Source: Paragordius varius
Taxonomy: Eukaryota > Animalia > Nematomorpha
DNA: 64,000 nt
NCBI GenBank assembly: GCA_964247055.1
Contig: OZ176055.1
Span: 186,001-250,000, forward strand
Direction of reading: 5' to 3'
Below are positions 37,329 through 51,312 of the stretch, in pieces (position 1 is the first letter of the stretch; every line of letters starts with the position of its first letter). The notes under the pieces were generated by a model that saw nothing but the letters and a program-made list of their open reading frames with translations, was not told the DNA's origin and did not search any database. The position numbers and the translations under genes are program-made.

Positions 37329-40300
37329 ATGAGTTTTTCAATCGATGTCGTATTGTTGATATTTTCACTGGTTTTTTAAGTTATCTTTTATGCGAAGGTT
37401 ATTTTTTTCTTGGCAGGAAGGGTGTTTTTTGTCGAAAAACTCAATAAAAATTATGAGGTTGGACGTGTTAATTTGACATTTTAGATTAATAATCAAGTAA
37501 TATACTCAGTGTTTACAATAACATTTTGTCTTTCATGCCTTATGTTTGAGTTGATTATATTTGAAATCTTGAATGTGATGAATAAAACGTATAAATTTTA
37601 TACTTAAATTAAATATTAGAACTCGTCTATTACTGTGGAACTTGGCCTTACATTTTTTACTCATTATGCTTATCTTTGTAATTCCATTCTACATGGCCTT
37701 TTATTTGGCAAATCAATTGCATTTTATTGATTCTTTCATCTTTAAAAGTAATCTTTTTTTTGTTATATTGCAGAGAATTTTAATGCCAAAATTAAAATCG
37801 GGATATCACTTTTTATTTGGTTTGTCTTTCTTTACATTTTCTGGAAGATTGGAGATCCTTTCCCGATTCTAAGTCCCAGACATGGTTTATAGTTATAGTT
37901 TTCCTAAAAATCACAATTTAATTCAAATAAATTTTGATAAATTTTAAACGTATAAAATTTTAACCATATAAATATATATTTATATTCTCACTTTTCTCTC
38001 GGGAAAATACACATGTGTGATTTTTAAAATACTTTTCAAGGATATATATTTTCTATAATTATAATCCCACTCTTTTTTAATTCCTTATGTAGTAAAAATT
38101 AAAAAATCCGGACAAAATATAAAAATATAAGGACAAAATTCTTTATTTTTTTTGCAAAGAAAATCATAATTTTAAACTTTAATTATTTTAAATATACCTC
38201 ATTATTTTGAACTGCAAAGCATAAAATAGTGATATAAATTGGTAACATAATCAATTACATATTTTACGGTTGTTATTAAATGATTTTAATATGATTAATT
38301 TAGGTTTGAAAAAGTATAATTGCTTTTTCTTAAAAAAAATATTTGTCTTTATATTTTTAAGTTTTTGCTCCTTATGTAAAATTTATATTTTTTTAGGTTT
38401 ATTTTCCATTGAACAAGGTATTAGTCGGGTCGGGGTCGTAGGCGTAACTATTATGGCTTTATTGTCGGGTTTTGGGGCTGTTAATTGCCCTTACACGTAT
38501 GTCGCCTACTTTAGAAAGTTTTTATTTTAAACTTTTTAAATTTAAAAACTTTTATTAAATTTGCAAAAATAAATTATAAATTTGTTTAAATTTTTTATAA
38601 TTTTTCAAAAATTATTATGGATATTATCTCACTTTTTTTATTTTTCTTTGGATATGCGACCATCTTAATTTGGTTTTGTAATAATTAATTATTTTTACTG
38701 TTTAATTATTTATATAATTTTTTGAAATTATATAAATTTTAAATTTGTTTAAGGATTTATATATATAAAATGGTTTTAAATAAAAATTATTATGGATATT
38801 ATCTCACTTTTCTTTTCCTTAGGATATGCGACCATCTTAATTTTTATTTGTATAATTCTGTTTAATTATTTATATAATTTTTTTGAAATTATATAAATTT
38901 TAAATTTGTTTAAGGTTCCATATGTAGAGAATGGTTAAATAAAAATTATTTTTTTATTTTATATTAGGCCTATCTCAGCTTTCGATATACAACTGTTGGA
39001 AAAACGTATGATGCAAACTTTTGATATTATTATCAATAAAAAGAAACGGTCAGTTTTTTTAATTGATTTTTTTTTTAAAAAAAAATAAAAAATTTAAAAT
39101 TTAATAAAAAATTAACATTTATTTATCATTTAGAATAGCTTATGAAAAAGCAAAAATTAAACAAAATGCTTTGACAGAAAATTTTTTTGCTACAAAAAGT
39201 GGGATTTGGGGTAAATTACGGAATTTTACCAATTCACATGATTCATTCTCATTGAAAGGTTTCTTGTATTCTTAAAATATCTAATTAATTTAAATTTAAA
39301 AAAAGTTATATAAATTAATATATAAAAACCTTATAATTAAACATACAAATATTTTTTTTGAAAAGATAACATGCATTAAACTTTGATATCTTTTAAATAT
39401 ACCATTTACAGTTCAAATATTCAAATTTACCCTTGAACAATTCAAATTCACTTTTGAACAATTCAAATTCACCCTAAAAATAAATTATGTGTTTCTGAAC
39501 TAATATAACTCATTATCAATATGAAATATATGTTTATGGTATAGTTTATTATTTTTTCAGTATTATTTTAACTTAAAATAGAATTTTTATTTTTTAAAAA
39601 TATATAAAATATAGGTAATTTTTAATCTTAAAAAACATATATTTATTTGAGGGTGAATTTGAATTGTTCAAGGGTAAATTTGAATGTTTAAGGGTAAAAT
39701 TGAATAAATGGTATATATATAATGTGTAATTATATTAATTTATATTATTTTCCTTATTAATTTTGCAAGCCACGATAGAAGTTACTTTAAATACTACCGA
39801 CAAAACGTATAAATATAAAGACATTTTTTTCATCAAAAGACAGAAGCTATACTTTTTTAATTTTAATTTTACAACTCTAAAATATAAAATTAATGTTAGC
39901 AATACACATGTCTGATTTATAATTTATAAAAAATCTCTTTTTGAAAAAAATATTTGTCTTCATATTGTTTACGATTTGTCCTCACGTATAATTTCAATTT
40001 TTACTGTAAAAAAATTAATGTTTAATATATGGTTTTGTTTGTCTTTTTATAACATGCTAATTTAAATTTTTACTTACTGTATAATTTTCCGAAATATATA
40101 TTTCTTTGGAATATCTATATATTTTCTCATTTTATTTTACACGTTTGTTTGCATTGAATAAAAAAAATAAATACGATAGAAATTAAAAGATTAGAAAATG
40201 AAATTATACCTTTGGAAGATTTTACCACCCATCTTTACCTTGAAATTTCTGATTTACGTGAGGAACTTAAAAGATTATACCATGCTCAAACACTTAAGGG

Positions 40301-43300
40301 CAAATATTTTAATGTCCTGGGTTATTTTTTCTCCCTTTACTGTGTGTGGAAAATTGTGATGGTTTCATTTTCTTTTTTTTGATTTTTTAGTTTTAAAATT
40401 TTTCAGTTCAAAGAAACTTTTTAATCTAAAAACGCAGCATTTTTGTCAGGCAAAAAAACAACTGAAAAAATATTTTGCCTTAAATATAGTATTCAATAGA
40501 TTTATTCAAATTCAAATTATGCAATTTTTATGAAACACACACAAATGTATTGTAAATATTGTGTTTGTTTTTAAGAAATTTTTACTGAAATTTAAGTAAA
40601 ATCACGCTTAAATTTTACCCAGGGGGTGGTGAAAAGCCGCCTAGTATTTAAAATATTTTTTTCTGCATTTTTAGCAACAAAGTTTTTTCTAAACTCAGGG
40701 CTGTTCGACACACACATATGTACAGCCCACTGAAATATTTGAAATTTTATAACTTTTAAATTTTGTTTTGTTTTTAAAAAATAAGTTTCTATTCAATTGA
40801 CAATGAACACCAAAAAAATTGTAATATTGTGTTTTTACATTACATTTTTTTCCTCCTGTCTTTAGATTGATAATTATAATATCCATTTTTTTGGAATTCA
40901 GTTCGTTCTCAGATTTTTTGAGTTAAAGTTCAGTTGAAATTAAATATTACTTGAGTTTTTAAATCCTAGCCTTGAATTTACTAACAAATATTTTAAAGGT
41001 TTTTCGTTTTTAAATCCTACCTTACTAACATTTTAAAGGTTTTTCTCTATATATTGCTTTGATATTCCTTAGTCATTTCTAAACATAATCTTGAATCGCG
41101 TGGGAAAAGTGGATCCAGTTACTAAAGGAATTCAACTCTGCATTGATTATTATGGAATTAATTTTGATGTAAGCTTTCTTGTAAAAACTACTAAATACAA
41201 TAATTCGATTTTTAAATACCATTTATAATTCAAATTCAGCCTTGAACAATTTAAATCCACTCTAAATATAAATTGTGTGTTTTCGGGTAGCTAATATAAT
41301 TCATTATTACTAATTTTTAATCTTAAAAAACACATAATTTATTTTAGGGTAAATATGACTTGTTCGAGGTTAAATTTGAATTGTTTGGTGAATTTGAACT
41401 GTAAATGGTATATTATCATATAATCTATGTTATAGGACGACCTATTAATATTTATAATTAATAATTAAAATTTTTTGAACTTTGTTAGGAATTATGATAT
41501 AACAACATTGTAACAATTAAAAAAAGAGAATTGAAATTATACGGACAAAAACGTAAAAAGTTATAGATAATTATACTTTTTCTAAATGACAACCAACCAT
41601 ACACTTTTTAAATCTTAATATTTTGTTTAAGTATAACTCATTAATAAATATTGCAAAGTGTGAAATAGAGATATATATTAGTAACACCCTCAATTTTATA
41701 TTATAAAATATTAATAGTTTTACCATTTACACTTCATATTCACCCTTGAACAACCCTAAAATATTTTATATATGTTTTAAGATTAAAAATTACCTGTATT
41801 TTTGAACAATTTTTAAAAATGAAATTTTGTTTTATGATTAAAATTATACTGAAAAATTAGTAAACTAAGCCATAAAGATATATATTATATTTATAATGAG
41901 TTATATTAGCTCAAAAACACATAATTTATTTATAGGGTGAGTTTAAGTTGTTCAAGAATGAATTTAAATTGTAAATGGTATATAGAAAAAATTAAGGTTT
42001 GTAAAAAGTATGGTTGTCTTTTAGAACAAAAAGTATTTGTCCGTTAATTTTTACCTTTTATAGTATATGCATATTTTTATTTTACAATACTTAACCGTAA
42101 TCCCTCTCTTTTTAAATCATATATAATTTTATAAAAATACTTAACTTTTTTATTAAAAAATTAAAAATAAATTTAAATTTTGTTTTTAACCATTGCATTT
42201 TTTTAGGCAAAATTCTGGTCTCAACACATATCATTCCTACTTATTGGTATAATTATAATTACATCATTCCGAGGATTATTGATAAATCTCACCAAATTCT
42301 TTTATGCCTTGTCAAGCCATGGCTCTGCAAATTTTATAGTTCTTGCTTTAGCTCAAATTATGGTATATATATACAGTAAAAATTGAAATTATACGGACAA
42401 ATGTAAAAATATAAAGTCAAAAATGTTTTTTAAACAAAAACAAATAACCATACTTTTTTCATAATAACAATCGTAAAACATGTAATTGAATGTGTTATCA
42501 ATATATATTCTATTTTATTTACACTTTGCAAGTTCAAAACAATGAGTTATAGCTAAGATAATTGAGGTTTAAAATAGTATGGGGTTGTCTTTAGAAAAAA
42601 ACAATATTTTTGTCTTTATATTTTTACCTTTTTGTCCGTATAATTTTAATTTATATATAGTTTAAGTCTCTTTTTTCCTTTTTTATATAAAACTTTGATT
42701 ATTATTATGATGTGACATTATATGAATACAGTATTGTGAGAGCTTTATTTAAATTACAATCTAGGTTTTGAAAAAAAGTACTTTTTTTAAAAAAAATCTT
42801 TGTTTTATTATTTTTACATTTTTATTCTAGTTAGTCAAATGTTTGGATAACATACAGTAAAACTAAATGTTTTTTTTAAAATATAGAACATTAAAACCTA
42901 AAATATGGACAAAACGTAAAAATATAAATACAAATATTTTTTTTCTAAAGACAGCCATACTTTTTTTAACTTGATTTTCTAACATATAGCTCATTGTTTT
43001 ACATTGCAAAGCATAAAATTGATATGTATATTGGTGATACAATCAATTATTTTATATTTTACAATCGTAATTTTATAATTTATATAACAAAATTTAAGGT
43101 TTAAAAAATATAGTTGTCTTTTATAAAAAAAATATTTGTGTTTGTATTTTAACGTTTTGTCCGTATAAATTCGGTTTTAAGTGTATTTCAACATTTATTA
43201 ATAAATTGACGTCATAAAATATTTTTTAATTGATTGATTTAAAAAAATTTTTTATAAACCCAAACATATAAAACTAAAATTGTTAATTGATTTAAAAATT

Positions 43301-44436
43301 ATCAGTTTTTAACTTTTTAATATTTTCCCATTTTACGTTTTTATATTACCTATATACAAAGTTTCTTTGAAAAATAAATACCTCCTATTATTATATTTTT
43401 TATGGTTTTTTATTTTTTTGAATAAACTTTATTGTCCATATTTTTTCAGAGCACTCTTATTAAATTTACAGTAAAAATTGTGGAAATTATACGGAAAGAC
43501 AAAGCGTAAAAATATAAAGACATATATTTTTATATAAAAGACAATTATGCTTTTTAAATCTTGATTTTGTCCGAAATTTAAACCATTAGTATGAAATCGA
43601 TATGTATATTGGGTAACACAATCAATTATATTACACTTGTAATAAATAGTTTAAATGGTTTGAAAAAGGAAAACGTATAGTTGATTGTCTTTTGCAAAAA
43701 AATAATAACATTTTCGTCTTTATATATTTACGTTTTGTCAACGTTCCGTATATAATTTCAATTTTTACTGTAACGTAAAAATATAAAGATAAATTATTCA
43801 ATGACAACCTACCATTTTATACTTTAATTTATCCTATTAAACTCATTTAATTTAATAACTATCGTAAAACATGTAATTGATTATGTTACCAATATACATC
43901 TCTCTATTTTATACTTTTTATTTTAAAACAATGAGTTGTTTTGCAAAAAATATTTTAAAAAGTATGGTGGTTGGTTGTCTTTTTATTTTTACATTTTGAC
44001 CGCATAATTCAATTTTTACTGTAAAACAAAACTTTTATTTTTTAGAGAGAGCTCATTCAAATTTACAGTAAACATTGAAATTATACGGAAAAATATTTTA
44101 ACTGGTAGTTTTAATAGAAAAAATCAAAGTTTAAAAAGTATGTTAGATGGTTGGTTGATTGTCTTTTGCAAATAAAAATTTGTCTTTATATTTTTACATT
44201 TTTGACCAAATAATTTCAATTTTTATTATCTATAGGGTATGTATATGATTTCATCCGTGCTACTTATACGTATGAATTTACCTGTCCAATATCGTTCAAT
44301 TATAACTCAAGTTTTGGGTGATTTACAATTCAATTTTTACCATAGATGGTTTGACGTGATTTTCTTGTTGAGTGCAATTTCTAGCATAGTCTTTTTATAC
44401 CTGGCTCATAAAAAAGTTTCATTAGCTCAGGCTTAA
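37329..44436 (+). CDS. GPR89: Golgi pH regulator; exons 37329-37370, 37398-37457, 37485-37588, 37620-37747, 37774-37884, 38397-38517, 38968-39048, 39134-39258, 40180-40361, 41073-41168, 42207-42362, 44236-44436 (468 aa)
   Basis: [90 protein letters not shown]; the spliced frame is continuous. Confidence 0.92.
39402..39711. mobile_element. MITE family A
   Basis: CCATTT...AAATGG termini with TA flanks. Confidence 0.82.
41219..41408. mobile_element. MITE family A, internally deleted
   Basis: Both termini present, 190 bp. Confidence 0.78.
41723..41978. mobile_element. MITE family A, nested in a family B copy
   Basis: Both termini present; the two halves of a family B copy flank it. Confidence 0.75.
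42374..44228. mobile_element. Cluster of about five family B MITEs in GPR89 intron 11 (42374-42655, 42855-43183, 43469-43770, 43771-44021, 44066-44228)
   Basis: Repeated family TIR motifs in both orientations. Confidence 0.75.
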
Positions 44437-45720
44437 AACTCAATTTTTTACATATTATATACATTTTATAGTCAATAAATTATATTGCTTTTTAAAATAT
44501 TTGCTTTTTTAAGTGATTTTTAAAGTTATTAAAGAGAAAATTATATAATTTTTTTGTTGAATGCAATATCTAGCATAGTTTTATACCTGGCTCATAAAAA
44601 AGTTTTATTGGCTCAGGCTTAAAACTCATTTTTTTGCATATTTTTATAGTTAATAAATTATATCGATTGAAAATATTTGCTTTTTAAAATATTTGGTTTT
44701 TTAAGTGATTTTAAAAGTTATGAAAGATTAAAAATTAAAATTATATTATTTTCCTGTTGAGTGAAATTTCCAGCATTATTTTTATATACCTGGGTCACAA
44801 AAAAGTTTCATTAGCTCAGGCTTAAAACTCATTTTTTTACATATTTTATAGTCAATAAATTATATCGATTAAAAATGCCTTTTAAATTGATTTTTAAAAG
44901 TTATTTTAAAAGTTATTACAGAGTAAAAAATGAACAATTTCCAGCATTATATTTTTATACCTGGCTCACAAAAAAGTTTCGTTGGCTCAGGCTTAAAACT
45001 CAATTTTTTTGCATATTTTTTACATTTTATAGTCAATAAATTATATCGATTAAAATATTTGCCTTTTAAAGATATTTTCAAGTGATTTTAAAACTTATTA
45101 CAGAGTAAAAAATTGAAATTATATTATTCTGTTGAGTTCAATTTCTTGCATAATCTTGTTATACCTGGCTCACAAAAAAGTTTTATTGGCTCAGGCTTAA
45201 AACTTCATTTTTATATTTTTTAGTCAATAAATTATATTGATTAAAAATATTTGCTTTTTTAAGTGATTTTTAAAATTGATTTTAAAGGTTATTGCAGAGT
45301 AAAAATTGAAATTATATTATTTACCTGTTGAGTGAAATTTCCAATTATTTTTTTATACCTGGCTCATAAAAAAGTTTCATTGGCTCAGGCTTAAAACTCA
45401 ATTTTTATATTTTATAGTCAATAAATTATGTCGATTAAAAATATTTGCTTTTTTAAGTGATTATAAAAGTTATTACAGAGTAAAAATTGAAATTATATAA
45501 TTTTCCTGTTGAGTGCGATTTCTAGCATAGTCTTTTTATATCTGGCTCATAAAAAAGTTTCATTGGCTCAGACTTAAAACTCATTTTTTTTGCATATTTT
45601 TTACATTTTATAGTCAATAAATTATATCGATTAAAAATATTTGCTTTTAAAAAATATTTGCTTAAAGTGATTTTAAAAGTTAATACAGAGTAAAAAATGA
45701 AATTATCAATGGAAGATAAA
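44362..45720 (+). repeat. Tandem array of seven ~190-bp units derived from the GPR89 last-exon 3' end and UTR
   Basis: Anchor CTGG(C/G)TC at 44401, 44587, 44790, 44961, 45165, 45359, 45542. Confidence 0.9.
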
Positions 45721-46804
45721 ACGTAATAATATAAAAACAAATATTTAAGATTCTAAAAGATAACCAACCATACTTTTTAAATATAATCATTGTTTTAAAC
45801 TGCAAAATATAAAATAGAGATGTATATTTGTGACATAATCAACATTATGTATTTTACAATTGTATTTCAAATGATTTTTAATAAGATAAATTAAAATAGT
45901 TTATTTAATAAAGTATGGTTGATTGTCTTTTAGATCAAATAATATTTGTTTTTATATATTTACGTTTTATCCTTAAGCCTAATTTCATTTTTTACTGTAA
46001 TATATATAAAAAAAATATGGTTTTTTTTATTAAAAATAAAAGCATTTTATATATTTATTTATTGTTTTTACAATATATATATTTATACAGATATTTATTG
46101 CATTTATTTAATTTATTTTGTAAAATTTCATATCAAATTATGATTATAAGCGTTTTCTACGGAATTTGCCATTATGTTGATGAGTTTTGTCTTTAACAAT
46201 CCTTCGACTTCGGATTTCACGTTTTGTATGTATGGGTTGTTCATCTTTCAACTTTAAATAATATTAAACATAAAATATTTAAAAAATTTTATAATAAATT
46301 TCCAAAAATTATTGAAAACTAATTCCACAAAATATACTCAAATAGTAAATAGTTTTACTAAATAAATTATTAAGCAAAAAAGTAAAAAGTATAAAATTAA
46401 TTACAGTTTTATCAATAATTGCTGCCTTATTATTAGATTTTCTATGGTGTTGGTTAGTAGGAATTGATGAATGTTTTGTCAAATTAGCCTTTTTCAATTG
46501 TTGTATACGGGTTTGGAGATCTAACCTACAAATAATATAATGGGAATAGAAATGGAAAATTAATCGAAAAATTATTCAAAAATAAAAATTTGGAAAATTA
46601 GGATAAAAAACCAAAATACAAATTTTTATAATACAAAGAAAGCCATATGTTTAAATTTTCCAATATCTATGGTTTGGTGTTACGAAATAAGGAATAGAGA
46701 GATGTGATTTGGTAAAAAACATTATTTTTATATTTCAGAATGAAAAGTTAATAAAAGTCGAATAAAAAAATCAATAAAAAATATGAACTTCTCAATATTA
46801 AACA

Positions 46805-46975
46805 GTATTGCTTATTTCACAGCACTATAGTAGGGGAATTTGCAAGCTTCACAGTAGTGTATGGAAAAAAACAACAAACGGCTGAATTAACAATTATTTC
46901 CTATCTATTTTCCATACATTCCTGTCCTGTGTTGCGAATTGCCCCCTACTATAGTGTTGTGAAATAATCAACCAT
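46805..46975. mobile_element. MITE family D
   Basis: TTATTTCACAGCACTATAGTAGGGG inverted as CCCCTACTATAGTGTTGTGAAATAA. Confidence 0.68.
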
Positions 46976-48549
46976 AAAACAAATCCATACTTTATATATT
47001 AGTCTTTTGAACTTTTATATGTTTGTTCCAAATCATTTTTATTGTAAAAAATTAATTTTTTCTAAATTTCCTATATTTTCATATATAAAAAACTAATCTT
47101 TTACTTACGTTTTAACATTAATCGGCTTGAGAGCATTAATGGCATAATTATTAGAATTGCTTTTATAATTATTAATATTAGAAATATTTGTTGTTTTATT
47201 AACATTTTCTACTGGGGTCTTTTTATTTGTTCTTAAATCTGCCGCTGTAATAAACTGTTGAGATGGCGTATTTTCTTCAAACGTTTGTTTGAGAGATGGC
47301 GTATTTTTTGCACGCGTTGTCAAAGGGAAAAAATAGGATTCATCATCACTGGAACTGGGAATTTCGCCATTCCCATATTCCATATTGTCCTTTTTTGTAG
47401 GCAGAAATATTAAAATAAAAAATATAATTTTAATTTAATTTAATGTAAAGAGTGTAAAAACAAAATTACAAAACATCTAATCAAAAACTACTATTAAATA
47501 CATTTGTAAAATTTTTAGGATATGTTATTGTAGTTTGTTGGACTTGATTTACGCGTTTTTTTTCTTTCAGTTTTCGTTCAAGTTTACTAACAAGCGGATC
47601 TAAGAATTTATATTCTTCCGTAGATTTATCAATTGTGAAAGCAGGATCCTGAAATAATTGACCAAACCTTTCATCCGTTATAAGGGAAGTTATATTGTGA
47701 CAAGCGGCAAGAGCTTTTTCTTTTTTAGTTTGGTGTTTACCAAGAGCATTTGACTCAAGACCTGGTGACTTTAACTAAAGTAGTGTAAAAATAAAGAAGA
47801 AAGGTTGATTAGATTATAAAAATAGAGTGTGTAAAGCGAAAAGTAAAAGATGAAAAAGTATAAAACGACAAAAAAAACATATTTTTAAACCTTAATTTTT
47901 TGGTGATGAATTAGGTAATAAGGATAAATATAAATATCAAAATTGTAATTCCAAAGTTTATGCGTTTAAAATAAAGTTTCAAAAATGTATGAGTATCTTT
48001 GTCTAAAAAAAGTATTTTATATGTTTTGACTATAATTTTCAACTCTAAAATTTTAATAGGCTAAGAAAATATTTCAAAATTGTTTTGAGATAATTTAAAA
48101 TTATTTTTAATTTTTTTTATTTTTTTAAAAAAATGATTTTACCCTTTCCACGGTTCCATTTTCCTCTTGGTGTTGTTGCATTAATCCACTCAATTTTTCC
48201 GCCAATTCTTTATTCACAGTTATTTCTAATCAGAAAACATGCAAAAATTTAAAATTAAAATAGGTATCCTTAAAATAATCTTTTAATATGTAAAAATATT
48301 CTAACAACAATTATATACATTTGTTTAACTAAAAAAATAAAATTAAGATATTTTAAGGAAGATAGATATTGCTTAATATTTACCCGAAATAGTTTAATAT
48401 TGGGTATATTTTATGGAAAAAAAATAAAAAAAATATTTATATATATATATTCTTCACAAATCTCAAATGATCCACCCCTCGAAAGTAATAAAAAAACTTA
48501 TTAATTTTCAAAATTCCCTAAAAATCATCGAAAAACCCCATTAATATCT

Positions 48550-49124
48550 GTTGTTGTTATAAGCTAGTCATATACTGACTCTGGCTTTCTCATAGATTAG
48601 TGTTCTCCATTTTAGGCGATCCTGTGTTACTCTCAACAGTTGATGAAAGGTTAGATTTGTTATTGATTTGAGCACATCGATCCACCGCTTTTTCGGTCGG
48701 CCCCTTCTGCGGGTGCCATCTACCAACCCAAAGAGTATGATTTTTTCTAGCGAGTCGGATCGCAGGATGTGACCCAGATATTTTAGCTGTTTAAAGGTTA
48801 TTAAATCGTAAAGTAAAAATTCGGGTTTAATGAATTTGAGTATGTAAGAATTGGAGATGTGGGCTTTCCAGGAGATTCTCAATATTTTTCGAAAGCACCA
48901 CATTTGAAAAGAGTTTATGCGGGCTTTGTCAATGGAATTGCATATCCATGATTCGGACCCATAGATTGCCACGGGGTATATCATCGCCTTCAGGATGGCA
49001 AGTTTAGTTGGGAGACTTATGACCGATGAGTTCCAAACTTTGGACAGTTTACCCATAGTAGCACGTCCCAATGCTAGTCGTGCTCGTATGTCGGGGTCCG
49101 AGCTACCGTCGGATGTAATTATGG
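48550..49124 (-). mobile_element. 3' fragment of a second RTE/BovB-like LINE
   Basis: ITSDG...DIRARLALGRATMGKL, YGSESW, FQMWCFRKILRISW, YLGHILR, GTRRRGRPKKRWID; short (CAA)n tail; flanked by ~38-bp near-direct repeats at 48511-48549 and 49125-49161. Confidence 0.88.
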
Positions 49125-50757
49125 AAATTCCCTAAAATCATTAAAAACCCCCTTAATATCTAAAAATCAAAATTAATTTCAAAACTTTTTTCATCAATCT
49201 TAAGACGTTCGGTTCGAACTAGGCGTTCCTCAATAGCAGCTTGAATTTTAGCTTGTTTGAAAGATTCAATCGTTGTTCCAATCAAGGTAGGATCACTTAT
49301 TTTTGCCCGAGTTTCATAGTAAAGACCATTTGATATGAAACAACCATGCATGTAAGCTCTTAGTGCTTTGGTACCTTTATAAAATTAAGAAAAATAAAAA
49401 AAATGGGTATTTAAACTTAAAAATTGACAAAAAAAAGTATTATTTTTATATTAAGCTCTAAAGATAATTAATATCCAAAACAAATGAAAAAAATAAATAA
49501 ACAAGTAATGTAATTTATAATAAACTAAGCTTGAATGATGCGTATAAAATAATATTTAATTTAAATTTTTGATGACTTTTATGGAAAAGGGATCCCAATA
49601 ATAAAAAAAGTCATATAGCTAAGAAAGATGGCTGGTTATATTATGGAGCTTTTTTAAACAAGGCCTAATGTTAAAAAAATTGGAGAATGTGATTAATACA
49701 AATCTAAAACCTTTAAATTTTCTGTATGGCTTAAAATTTGAATTAATAAAATCCTTTATATCTATGAGTAACTCAATAAAAACAATTTAAGTTACTTAAC
49801 TCAATTTAATGTACATATTTTAGGCCGCCTTATGTCATTCAAACTATTTTTGAAAACAGAATAGTTAAATTCAAAAAATCATTTTTTTCTAAAGAAAAAA
49901 GTATAATTTAAAAATGTAATTTTTGAACAAAAGCTAAAATTAACTATTAGGTGTGAAAGACCCAAGTTTTCCAATTCTGAGATTGTACAAAACGTGTAAT
50001 CATTATAAATATTGTTGGTTTGTTCAGGTTTCGCAATGTTAATTTCTGAGGTATCTTTATTTTCTATAGATAATATACAGTAGAGTATACATAAAATTTA
50101 TATTAATAGATTGCATATTAGGCAATCGGGAAAAAATATGGGCTTATAATTGTTATTAGGGTCAATAATAGAGCTTTCTGTGGATCTTACAGCAATAATA
50201 ATTAATAAAAAAAAGTAATGTAATTACAATAAAATGCAAAAAGGTATAAGGCATCATTTTTTGAAAATTTTTAAAAATTGCCATTGAAAACGCTAGATTT
50301 TGGTATAGATATAAAAATTATTATAAATTTATAACAAATACAATTATAATGTAGATGTTGGCTAAATAGTAAGGTAATTTCCATAAAAAATGTCGTTTTA
50401 ACATTTAGAAAAATGAAATATTTAAGTTTTGTGATAAATTTCATCCTAGTAAATAGATGGCTCTTATTTAAAGTAAAAACAATTATGTTTAAAAGTAAAT
50501 CGCATTTTAAAATGTGGTGATTTTAAAATTATCATTTATTGTTTGGAATACGGCATGTCCTCACAAATCATTGTTCATTGTTTACGATATCGGTTTAAGG
50601 TTAAACTATAAATTAAAAAAATTTTTTTACCTTAAATATGTAGATATATAATTGGTTATCCTTCGGATTTCCAGAATTTTTTCTCTTTATTAAATTTGTT
50701 TGGTCTAAATAATTAATTAAATAAATTTAACACTTGAATACAACACACTCATTTTAG

Positions 50758-51312
50758 TGCTCCGATTCAAATTGGGGTAGTTAAATACCCCAAGCCTGTT
50801 TAAAATTGATTTCTTTAAAAAACATAGAAGGAATCCAAACCATGGCAAAATTTTGCACTTATCTAACATAAATAAATCGAAATATATAAAAAATTATATT
50901 CAAAAATACTTGATACTATTTATTTACGCTAAAACCGAAAGGTAAAAATTTCGTCAACGTGACATGTGTCAAATTGTAAAATTAAAAAATTATACAAACT
51001 AAACCGCTTTTTCTATTTCCATCAATGTTAGATGTAATTTATATATAAAATTAGCATTGGTTTTACCCTTAAAATTAAATAAAGACGATATTTTGAAAAA
51101 AAATTTTAAAATAAAAATGGCGTCGAAGTAGTTTGAGATGGAACTTTTTTTTTCAAAACAAAATTTTATCAAGATATTTTGGCATATTTATATAATATAT
51201 ATCAGGATAGAAGCATAAATTTAAACTGGAACCGTTTCCTTCAATAGTTTTTTAAGAATATTAATTTAAATTTAGTTTGGGGTATTTAGATACCCCAATT
51301 TGAATCGAAGTG
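50758..51312. mobile_element. Putative piggyBac-like non-autonomous element (36-bp TIR CACTTCGATTCAAATTGGGGTATCTAAATACCCCAA)
   Basis: Inverted pair at 50758-50793 and 51277-51312; right flank TTAA, left flank TTAG. Confidence 0.55.

Larger units (their letters stand above)
46144..50063 (-). pseudogene. NOL10: Duplicated 3' half of NOL10 (copy A); exons 50063-49944, 49374-49186, 48225-48143, 47774-47553, 47389-47109, 46525-46405, 46251-46144
   Basis: Exon-by-exon homology to 59175-53732 with frames open. The donor after its first exon reads TT instead of GT (49943-49942) and YDDY is YNDY. It has no 5' exons of its own. It could be an alternative 3' end or a second haplotype rather than a pseudogene. 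Confidence 0.75.
43440..50550. repeat. Tandem segmental duplication, copy A (GPR89 last exon + NOL10 3' exons)
   Basis: Colinear exon and intron homology with ~51730-59510; boundaries approximate. Confidence 0.85.

Noticed and set aside
44362-45720. Regularly spaced repeats resembling a CRISPR array
   Set aside because: The whole ~190-bp unit is repeated, including the supposed spacers; it derives from a eukaryotic exon and no cas genes are present.
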